DNA from: a virus
Lineage: Duplodnaviria; Heunggongvirae; Uroviricota; Caudoviricetes
IMG/VR virus record: IMGVR_UViG_3300014691_000037
Length of the DNA stretch: 5,230 nucleotides
Direction: 5' to 3' (one strand)
Positions 1-5,230 of this stretch are shown piece by piece (position 1 is the stretch's first letter; each line of letters begins with the position of its first letter). The translations under genes were made by a program, and so were the position numbers. The notes under the pieces were generated by a model. It made no database searches and had not been told where the DNA came from. It saw nothing but the letters and a program-made list of their open reading frames with translations.

Positions 1-145
1 AGAGATTCGCTGTTGCCAAGATCGATAGTATCCATGCTGACCTCATTTCCCCTTAACGCCGGGGTAGCGGAACTGTTTGCTGAGAACACCGTGCGGTGTC
101 TTGATGGAAAGTAATTTAGAATAACCTAACATGAGAGGCAAGTGT

Positions 146-171
146 TTTTTGTTAGACTGATCTAACAAAAA
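146..171. promoter_or_regulatory. Distal operator-like palindrome: perfect 11-bp inverted repeat TTTTTGTTAGA-ctga-TCTAACAAAAA
   Basis: Read directly: arms 146..156 and 161..171 are exact reverse complements around a 4-bp centre. The core GTTAGA-N4-TCTAAC recurs in the repressor/cro intergenic region (662..677). It lies 3' of the repressor gene. It is not a canonical terminator: an A-run, not a U-run, follows the stem on both strands. Confidence 0.45.
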
Positions 172-203
172 GAATGGGCGCAACTAATCACTTGAAAAGA
201 ATG

Positions 204-611
204 TTATTTTATTGATTTATTTTTACGCGCTTTAAGCATTTCTTCGAAGAGTTTGTTGAAGTTTTCTACTCTTGCGCGCATTTCAGACAGCAAGGCTTCC
301 TGCTCGGAAGATGGAAGAGCATCGAATAATTCGATCAATTCTTTGTGGTTGGGAGTTAGCTCTGTTTCCACATGAAGTTCTTGTGCAGGCACTGGTGCCT
401 TGTCTTCGTCACCAAACATTAGCCATGTAGGTGAGCACTTCAGAGCATCCGCTAAAGCAAACAATCGTTTTCCGACTGGCTGGGTTTCGTCTCTTTCCCA
501 TTGTGAAATTGTGACGTGAGCAACTCCAGCGAGGCGCGCAGCTTCTCGTTGTGTTAAGCGTAATTCTTTTCGTCGCGCCAGAACTCGCTGGCCTAGGGTT
601 CTTGTATCCAT
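204..611 (-). CDS. dicA: Prophage immunity repressor, XRE-family helix-turn-helix, DicA-like (135 aa)
   Basis: Complete minus-strand ORF (ATG 611..609, TAA 206..204). N-terminal HTH with the XRE/Cro-C1 signature (...QREAARLAGVAHVTISQWERDETQP...). Length and C-terminal segments (...CSPTWLMFGDEDK..., ...MRARVENFNKLFEEMLKAR...) match my recollection of E. coli Qin-prophage DicA. Divergent from a small Cro-like gene. No strong Shine-Dalgarno upstream. Confidence 0.85.
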   Translation of the reverse strand: MDTRTLGQRVLARRKELRLTQREAARLAGVAHVTISQWERDETQPVGKRLFALADALKCSPTWLMFGDEDKAPVPAQELHVETELTPNHKELIELFDALPSSEQEALLSEMRARVENFNKLFEEMLKARKNKSIK

Positions 612-612
612 A

Positions 613-628
613 GTTAGGTAATTCTAAT
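613..628. promoter_or_regulatory. Operator-like site, degenerate copy GTTAGG-taat-TCTAAT
   Basis: Read directly: shares the TTAG-N6-CTAA core with the sites at 151..166 and 662..677. It lies 2 bp upstream of the repressor start codon. On the minus strand it contains TAGAAT, a -10-like hexamer. Confidence 0.4.
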
Positions 629-661
629 TTTTCTTGACTTAGGTATCCCGCGCACAATAAC

Positions 662-677
662 GTTAGAAAAGTCTAAC
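662..677. promoter_or_regulatory. Operator-like palindrome GTTAGA-aaag-TCTAAC
   Basis: Read directly: perfect 6-bp inverted half-sites with a 4-bp spacer, immediately upstream of the RBS (AGGGGG 681..686) of the Cro-like gene. Same half-sites as the distal site at 151..166. Confidence 0.55.
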
Positions 678-691
678 AAGAGGGGGCTTTG

Positions 692-919
692 ATGCTTAAA
701 GTTGACGCAATTACTTTTTTTGGCAGCAAAACAAAGCTTGCCAATGCCGCAGGAGTGAGACTGGCAAGTGTTGCTGCTTGGGGGATACTGGTTCCTGAAG
801 GTCGCGCGATGCGTCTACAGGAGGCATCTGGCGGGGAGCTTCAGTATGATCCCAAAGTTTATGACGAATATCGTAAGACGAAGCGGGCGGGGCGGTTGAA
901 CAATGAAAATCACTCCTGA
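692..919 (+). CDS. dicC: Small Cro-type regulator, DicC-like (75 aa from ATG 692; the ORF track begins at TTG 689)
   Basis: ATG 692 lies 5 nt after AGGGGG; stop TGA 917..919. Small protein divergently transcribed from the DicA-like repressor, with the size and position of DicC/Cro. The dicC label rests on synteny and size plus imperfect recall of the sequence. Confidence 0.65.
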   Translation: MLKVDAITFFGSKTKLANAAGVRLASVAAWGILVPEGRAMRLQEASGGELQYDPKVYDEYRKTKRAGRLNNENHS

Positions 920-1376
920 ACAGGCTCGTGAGGCTCTGGATGCCTGGATATGTCGACCAGGAATGACACAGGAGCAGGCGACGATATTAATCACTGAAGC
1001 ATTCTGGGCTTTGAAAGAGCGCCCGAACATCGATGTTCAGCGTGTCACAGATGAAGGTGGCGCGGTTGATCAGCGAGCGCTTGGCGTTAATCGAGTGAAG
1101 ATATTCGAACGCTGGAAGGCTATCGACACCAGGGATAAGCGTGAAAAGTTCACGGCGCTAGTGCCTGCAATTATGGAGGCTATCCGGATTAATGATTTCA
1201 GGTTGTATCGTGAAATTAGTGACGGAAAAAGCATCACGTACATGATCGCCGGGTTAAACAAAGAATATGGCGATGTGGTGGAGTCCGGACTGCTTTTTGC
1301 TGATCCTGCCGTAGTGGATCGTGAAACTGACGAACTTATAGAAAAAGCAANNNNNNNNNNNNNNNNNTGGTTATAA
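903..1376 (+). CDS. Prophage early-region protein of unknown function (position of YdaT/cII-type genes); C-terminus interrupted by an assembly gap
   Basis: ATG 903 overlaps the upstream stop by 17 nt. Backbone-like G+C. The 17-N run (1351..1367) falls 7 codons before the apparent TAA (1374..1376), so the true frame, length and end are uncertain. Confidence 0.6.
   Translation: MKITPEQAREALDAWICRPGMTQEQATILITEAFWALKERPNIDVQRVTDEGGAVDQRALGVNRVKIFERWKAIDTRDKREKFTALVPAIMEAIRINDFRLYREISDGKSITYMIAGLNKEYGDVVESGLLFADPAVVDRETDELIEKAXXXXXXWL
1351..1367. other. Assembly gap / masked bases (17 N)
   Basis: Literal run of n characters in the sequence. Confidence 0.95.
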
Positions 1377-1390
1377 ACACACAGCTTGCG

Positions 1391-2305
1391 ATGAAGATTG
1401 GCTTAAATGAAGCCATTGTGTTGCAGCAGTTGCATTACTGGTTGAGAGATACCAATTCCGGCATGGAATGTGATGGTGTTCGCTGGATTTACAACACAAC
1501 GGAACAATGGCTGGAACAGTTCCCATTCTGGTCAGAGTCAACGTTAAAGCGCGCGTTTGCAAGTCTGAAAACGCTGGGGCTTTTGCGTTGTGAAAAGCTC
1601 AATAAATCAAAGCGCGATATGACCAATTTCTACACGATTAACTATGGGAGCGAGCTTTTAGATGATGGCAAATTGAGCGAATCCATCGGTTCAAAATGCG
1701 CCGCTCCATCAGGTCAAAATGACACGATGGAAGAGGTCAAAATGAAACGCTCCATTGATTCAAAACGACCCAATGTCATCGGGTCAAAATGGCCCGATGA
1801 TCCTACAGAGAATACAACAGAGATTACTACAGAGAATAAAAACACTTTTCGTCCGGAAGCTTCGCAACCGGACCCGCAGACGGCTGAACAGGATTTTTTA
1901 ATCCGGCACCCTGGCGCAGTTGTGTTTAGTGCGAAAAAACGCCAGTGGGGTAGCCAGGAGGATCTGGCGTGTGCGCAGTGGATATGGGGGCGGATCGTGG
2001 GTCTCTACGAACAGGCCGCCAGTGATGATGGCGAGATCATGCGACCAAAAGAGCCTAACTGGACTGTCTGGGCCAATGATGTGCGCACAATGCGGATGCT
2101 GGATGGCAGAAGCCACAGACAAATTTGCGAAATGTTTGGTCGGGTACAGCGGGATCCATTCTGGGTAAAAAACATCATGAGCCCGTCAAAACTCCGCGAA
2201 AAATGGGACGAACTGGTCATCCGCCTGGGACGTTCACCTGTACAGCGTTGTGTGAATCATATTTCTGAACCGGATACAGAAATTCCGCCTGGTTTCAGAG
2301 GATAA
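1391..2305 (+). CDS. Phage replication initiator (lambda O-like organisation: N-terminal winged-helix DNA-binding region, origin inside the gene, distinct C-terminal domain)
   Basis: 304-codon ORF. N-terminus (NEAIVLQQLHYWL...WIYNTTEQWLEQFPFWSESTLKRAFASLKTLGLL) resembles winged-helix domains of phage replication initiators. The middle of the gene carries five iterons and an AT-rich repeat block, exactly as lambda ori sits inside O. No Shine-Dalgarno precedes ATG 1391 and the gap lies 24 nt upstream, so the start is uncertain. Confidence 0.8.
   Translation: MKIGLNEAIVLQQLHYWLRDTNSGMECDGVRWIYNTTEQWLEQFPFWSESTLKRAFASLKTLGLLRCEKLNKSKRDMTNFYTINYGSELLDDGKLSESIGSKCAAPSGQNDTMEEVKMKRSIDSKRPNVIGSKWPDDPTENTTEITTENKNTFRPEASQPDPQTAEQDFLIRHPGAVVFSAKKRQWGSQEDLACAQWIWGRIVGLYEQAASDDGEIMRPKEPNWTVWANDVRTMRMLDGRSHRQICEMFGRVQRDPFWVKNIMSPSKLREKWDELVIRLGRSPVQRCVNHISEPDTEIPPGFRG
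1684..1791. repeat. Iteron array: five direct repeats with core (G)GTCAAAATG at ~23-bp periodicity (putative ori iterons)
   Basis: Read directly: TCAAAATG at 1691, 1714, 1737 and 1784, and TCAAAACG at 1760; spacings 23, 23, 23 and 24 bp. Flanking consensus is roughly CATCnGG-TCAAAATG-nnnCG. The repeats encode a repetitive linker (…SIGSKCAAPSGQNDTMEEVKMKRSIDSKRPNVIGSKWPDD…). Confidence 0.75.
1804..1850. repeat. Three 12-bp periodic ACAGAGA(A/T)TA repeats plus an A-rich tract (putative DNA-unwinding element of the origin)
   Basis: Read directly: ACAGAGA begins at 1805, 1817 and 1829, followed by AATAAAAACAC. Located immediately after the iterons; encodes low-complexity TENTTEITTENKNT. Confidence 0.55.
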
Positions 2306-2345
2306 GTTTTGATTTCAGGTCATGAGGTAATTTTAAGGGGGACTT

Positions 2346-2768
2346 GTGGCAAAAGTTTTTACACAAGAAGAGCGGGAAAAAATTAAAGGGCAGGTGGTGG
2401 AACTCGTGCGCCAGAGCGGTCGTGAGACGTTACGGCAACTGGAAGCTAAAACAGGTGCGACTAGATATCTGATGAGCGTTCTTGCCAGAGAGCTGGTAGC
2501 CAGTGGCGATGTATACAACTCCGGCTACGGGTTATTCCCGTCTGAACAGGCGCGTAAGGACTGGCAAAACGCCCGCAAAAAACTCTCGAGGGCAAAGGTG
2601 AAGAAACCTGCTGTGGTTGATCCGGACCTTATCTGGTCGTTACCAGACGGAGAAATACGTCGTTATGACAGGCACCAAAATATAATTTGCTGTGAGTGCC
2701 GTAATAGCGAAGTTATGCAGCGCATCTTGGCATTTTATCAGGGAAATGTTTGGTATTTATTAAAGTAA
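2346..2768 (+). CDS. Hypothetical 140-aa protein (GTG start), basic with a C-terminal Cys cluster
   Basis: GTG 2346 lies 5 nt after AGGGGG (2335..2340); stop TAA 2766..2768. Backbone-like G+C (34/60 at 2401..2460). I do not recognise the family. Confidence 0.6.
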   Translation: MAKVFTQEEREKIKGQVVELVRQSGRETLRQLEAKTGATRYLMSVLARELVASGDVYNSGYGLFPSEQARKDWQNARKKLSRAKVKKPAVVDPDLIWSLPDGEIRRYDRHQNIICCECRNSEVMQRILAFYQGNVWYLLK

Positions 2769-2799
2769 CGAGATTAAAGAGCATTAGTTCAGATATTAA

Positions 2800-2828
2800 T
2801 TGACACTTCGGTGGCACAGGGCTAGAAC
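2800..2828 (+). promoter_or_regulatory. Candidate sigma70 promoter for the cargo gene: TTGACA, 17-bp spacer, TAGAAC
   Basis: Read directly: perfect -35 hexamer at 2800..2805 and a 4/6 -10 match at 2823..2828, in the AT-rich region upstream of the 583-aa ORF. Would give a ~200-nt leader. Confidence 0.3.
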
Positions 2829-3035
2829 TACTATGGTTTGCAGCCTTGTGCCAAGAGCGGACAGTTTGAAAAATAACGGTATTATCCAGCGACAGGTACA
2901 TAGTAGTATCTGTCTTTATAAAATTTTCAGCCTTGCAATGATTTTATGGACAAAAGAAGGTTAGACATAAACCATCCCAAATGGATATGATTACTGTGTT
3001 AGTAAACACTCATGATTATTACGGAGGGCTATTAA

Positions 3036-4787
3036 GTGCTTGATTATTTATCAAAGCTTCCTTTACCGGCTGAGCAAATACCACAGGGTTTAAAGGACCT
3101 ATTATTTGTTGAAGACAATTCTAACCCCCAGCGAGAAGTTACTGTAACCCATCATTACGAAAGAAATAAGTATCAAGATGACTATGATTACACTCATATG
3201 ATCATGGCCGTAGTTCCTGAGAATGATGTTGCAAATCTAAGTGTGTTACGTGAATCCCGTGACGGTGTCGTCACATTTTCCACTCAGGACTGTACAGAGA
3301 AAGGTGGAGCTTGGGGTACAGATATATCTATCTCCGGTTATGGGTATATTGTAGCTTCTTGGGGTTCAAGTCTTCACTACTCCTTTTTGTTGGCCGAAGA
3401 TGTCTGGATGAAACTGGGATTAAAACCAAGGCTCATAGGGGATGATGAACAAAAAGTAATTTTTGATGAGGTTTCTTCGCCATCATATGGAGTCGTGCAA
3501 GGCGATGTCTCAAGAGAATATCATTTCAAAAGCAACAAAGATATTAAATGGACAATGAGGAATGATTACCTCAGAAAATATTTATGGATGAAAGGTTGTG
3601 TTGGAGTAAAAGTTTTTTTCTTCGAAGCCTATATCGAACGAACTAAAGAGGTACTCGGACTCTTATCAGGTTCTAATCACTTTAGAATCGAACTTCCTTG
3701 GATTGAATTTGAAATAGTTGACCATACAGATAGGATATTGCTGCAAGCATGGGGAACTGTTCAATCTGTTCAGCCAGAGCTTTGCTCTGAATTAGATGTC
3801 AACACATTAGTATGGCCCGGTCACAAGTCACCGATAACAATGTCGGGAGCTACCGATTATCGTAGTGGCGAATACGTATATGTTGATGATGCTTTTCTTA
3901 CTAAATATGAAAAAGATAAGACATACGAAGCCATTCCATTTTTTTATGGCAATCACTATCATGCAGATCCTAGCTATGGCGGGCAATGGGCATTTAGAGG
4001 CTGTACTAGAGTCGGTAGGAACTTAGTGAAAATATATTTTTATGATCTTTACCAAGGAGTTCCAGAAAAGGAAATATATCATGTGTTTGATTATGCGAAA
4101 GACCAAAGCCTTATTGATACTAATTCATTAGATAATGAGCATATTGTTTCTAAGACTTTTAGATTTGCTAGAGAACTAACTGAGCTTAATGGAAATCTAG
4201 TGTCTCTAGGTAGAGTTTTAGATGTTCCCCTATCGAGTTCTGATATTTTTGAATACAACAGAGACGAACTAGATGAAGAAGGCATTAGAAATTATCCTGT
4301 ACTGCAAAAGCTTGCTCATGTAGCCTCAATCGATATGCAAGAGCAAGATTTCCTAGCTAGATGCAAGACTATAAACGAGATCATTACTAAAATTAAAACT
4401 GGTTCATTGAAGAAATTAAGTATTGCTATGGGGGTGAAGGCTGAGGATATTGAAAGATTGCAAACGCTAAAATTATTGCAAGGAATATTAAACCTTACAA
4501 GTGTTATTAATGAGCAAAATGAAGAGCAATCCGCGCTAAAACATGCCAATGAACTTGCAAAGTATAATTCACCCAATCATACATTAGCAGCTCTATTTAT
4601 AAATAATGACTTGAGGAACGCTGAAGCTCATGAAGCAGTCAATAAATCCATTGAACATCTAGCTAGTCTTGGTTTTGATAGCGCAACTTTGGCATCCGGT
4701 TATAGCCATGCTTTAGATTTTATATTTGATCAAATTATTGAGAGCTTGAGGAGTTTTAATTCGACTTTAAATGAAGTCCTGCACTAA
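3036..4787 (+). CDS. Large hypothetical protein (583 aa) on an AT-rich foreign insert; candidate single-gene phage-defence/abortive-infection protein with a C-terminal HEPN-like R-N-x-x-x-H motif
   Basis: GTG 3036 lies 6 nt after GGAGGG (3024..3029); stop TAA 4785..4787. G+C about one third by hand count (19/60 at 4081..4140) against ~60% in the phage backbone (36/60 at 1021..1080). Aromatic-rich N-terminal ~400 aa not recognised; helical C-terminal ~160 aa contains LRNAEAHE (residues 526-533). Confidence 0.85.
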   Translation: MLDYLSKLPLPAEQIPQGLKDLLFVEDNSNPQREVTVTHHYERNKYQDDYDYTHMIMAVVPENDVANLSVLRESRDGVVTFSTQDCTEKGGAWGTDISISGYGYIVASWGSSLHYSFLLAEDVWMKLGLKPRLIGDDEQKVIFDEVSSPSYGVVQGDVSREYHFKSNKDIKWTMRNDYLRKYLWMKGCVGVKVFFFEAYIERTKEVLGLLSGSNHFRIELPWIEFEIVDHTDRILLQAWGTVQSVQPELCSELDVNTLVWPGHKSPITMSGATDYRSGEYVYVDDAFLTKYEKDKTYEAIPFFYGNHYHADPSYGGQWAFRGCTRVGRNLVKIYFYDLYQGVPEKEIYHVFDYAKDQSLIDTNSLDNEHIVSKTFRFARELTELNGNLVSLGRVLDVPLSSSDIFEYNRDELDEEGIRNYPVLQKLAHVASIDMQEQDFLARCKTINEIITKIKTGSLKKLSIAMGVKAEDIERLQTLKLLQGILNLTSVINEQNEEQSALKHANELAKYNSPNHTLAALFINNDLRNAEAHEAVNKSIEHLASLGFDSATLASGYSHALDFIFDQIIESLRSFNSTLNEVLH

Positions 4788-4818
4788 TGTTAAAGTGCAA
4801 TATAAGATTTAGATGATG

Positions 4819-4873
4819 CCTTAAGGTTTTTTATTCAGTTAATACTTATTGGTTCTATTAATAAGTAATTTTT
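4819..4873 (+). terminator. Weak terminator-like elements after the cargo gene: CCTTAAGG followed by TTTTTT, then an AT-rich 8-bp stem followed by ATTTTTAT
   Basis: Read directly: palindrome 4819..4826 followed by T6 (4827..4832); TACTTATT (4843..4850) pairs with AATAAGTA (4860..4867), followed by a T-run at 4869..4873. The stems are short and AT-rich, so termination efficiency is doubtful. Confidence 0.2.
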
Positions 4874-5150
4874 ATGTCTTCTGAAATATTTGTGCCGATA
4901 ACAGGGTCATTAGTAATATATTCAATAGTTACGGGCTAATTGCCAGTGTTCGCCTTTCGCTCAAAGCGGACTAGAAGGTTAGCTTACGTCGGACTTGGCG
5001 TATTTAAAGAAGAGTTGGTGGTGACTGGTTGTTGTGTTCCATTTCTACAGAACAAAATCACAGAAACTATACCCAATAGTTGTATTGAAGCACTGACGAG
5101 ACAGCCTCATATTTATCAGGGCAGGTGTATATCCAATACAGGAGGTTGTC

Positions 5151-5230
5151 GTGCTGGTCCTCAAATGTGCGCTAGCTATTGCGGCTGTAATGGCAATTTA
5201 TTGTCTTGCTGTTGTTCTTACGGATCGCCT
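5151..5230 (+). CDS. 5'-truncated-by-window small hydrophobic protein, possible Hok/Gef-type type I toxin (N-terminal 26 codons visible)
   Basis: GTG 5151 lies 5 nt after AGGAGG (5140..5145). The visible peptide VLVLKCALAIAAVMAIYCLAVVLTDR is one transmembrane-like helix ending in charged residues, as in Hok-family toxins. The ORF runs off the window edge, so it is absent from the ORF track. Confidence 0.35.
   Translation, partial: MLVLKCALAIAAVMAIYCLAVVLTDR

Larger units (their letters stand above)
612..688. promoter_or_regulatory. Divergent promoter/operator region between the repressor and Cro-like genes
   Basis: 77-bp AT-rich intergenic region between divergent start codons. Contains TTGACT (634..639) as a plus-strand -35 candidate and two operator-like palindromes (613..628, 662..677). 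The exact -10 elements are not convincingly resolved by eye. Confidence 0.5.

Noticed and set aside
1-35. Possible minus-strand gene start at the left edge (ATG 35..33 preceded by GAGG)
   Set aside because: Only 11 codons lie within the window (MDTIDLGNSES…), too little to support a feature call.
146-171. Inverted repeat considered as an intrinsic terminator for the repressor gene
   Set aside because: On both strands the stem is followed by an A-run rather than a U-run, so it does not fit a rho-independent terminator; kept instead as an operator-like palindrome.
409-657. 82-aa minus-strand ORF overlapping the repressor gene and the intergenic region
   Set aside because: Out-of-frame overlap with a well-supported HTH repressor ORF and run-through of the promoter region; Cys/Arg-rich translation typical of a spurious frame.
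920-1390. Expectation of a DicF sRNA and dicB downstream of the DicC-like gene, as in E. coli Qin
   Set aside because: The next protein-coding gene overlaps the Cro-like stop directly, leaving no room for a DicF-like RNA; synteny here differs from Qin.
815-1562. Minus-strand ORFs 815..1030, 1070..1261 and 1371..1562
   Set aside because: Antisense to better-supported plus-strand genes, no RBS; 1371..1562 also abuts the assembly gap.
1898-2220. Nested ORFs 1920..2168 (+), 1898..2122 (-) and 2005..2220 (-) inside the replication initiator gene
   Set aside because: Alternative-frame or antisense ORFs entirely within a longer coherent CDS; low-complexity translations.
2333-2901. Minus-strand ORFs 2333..2518 and 2713..2901
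   Set aside because: Antisense to the 140-aa gene or spanning the AT-rich promoter region; no start context.
4091-4576. Minus-strand ORFs 4091..4285 and 4316..4576 inside the cargo gene
   Set aside because: Antisense ORFs in AT-rich DNA; Ser/Leu/Phe-rich low-complexity translations; the plus-strand 583-aa ORF explains the region.
3036-4787. ATPase (Walker A) or PD-(D/E)xK nuclease assignment for the cargo protein
   Set aside because: No GxxxxGK[ST] motif; no convincing D...(D/E)xK arrangement seen by eye. Only the HEPN-like RNxxxH motif is retained, as a hypothesis.
4874-4939. 21-codon plus-strand ORF in the cargo 3' flank
   Set aside because: No Shine-Dalgarno, very short, AT-rich; likely chance.
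1-5230. tRNA, rRNA, CRISPR array, integrase or transposase
   Set aside because: No cloverleaf-like segment, no regularly spaced repeat-spacer array and no recombinase-like ORF recognised on either strand; the only repeat arrays are the origin iterons.

Overview
The window reads as the early (immunity plus replication) region of a lambdoid, Qin/Rac-type enterobacterial prophage, followed by an AT-rich foreign insert. Left to right: (1) a DicA-like XRE-family repressor on the minus strand (204..611), divergent from a small DicC/Cro-like gene (692..919), with three copies of a GTTAGA-N4-TCTAAC operator-like palindrome; (2) a gap-interrupted early gene (903..1376, 17 N at 1351..1367); (3) a 304-aa replication initiator (1391..2305) with an internal origin, lambda-O style: five ~23-bp iterons plus a 12-bp periodic ACAGAGA block; (4) a 140-aa hypothetical protein (2346..2768); (5) a compositionally foreign ~2.2-kb insert (about 2769..4950, roughly one-third G+C against 55-60% in the backbone) carrying one 583-aa ORF (3036..4787) that I cannot assign to any named family, with a single HEPN-like R-N-x-x-x-H motif near its C-terminus; this is the best candidate for an undescribed phage-defence or abortive-infection gene; (6) at the right edge, a truncated small hydrophobic ORF with a strong RBS, overlapped by a long upstream open frame, reminiscent of hok/mok type I toxin loci. 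No rRNA, tRNA, CRISPR array or transposase was seen. All assignments rest on reading the sequence and recalled family features; no database search was run.
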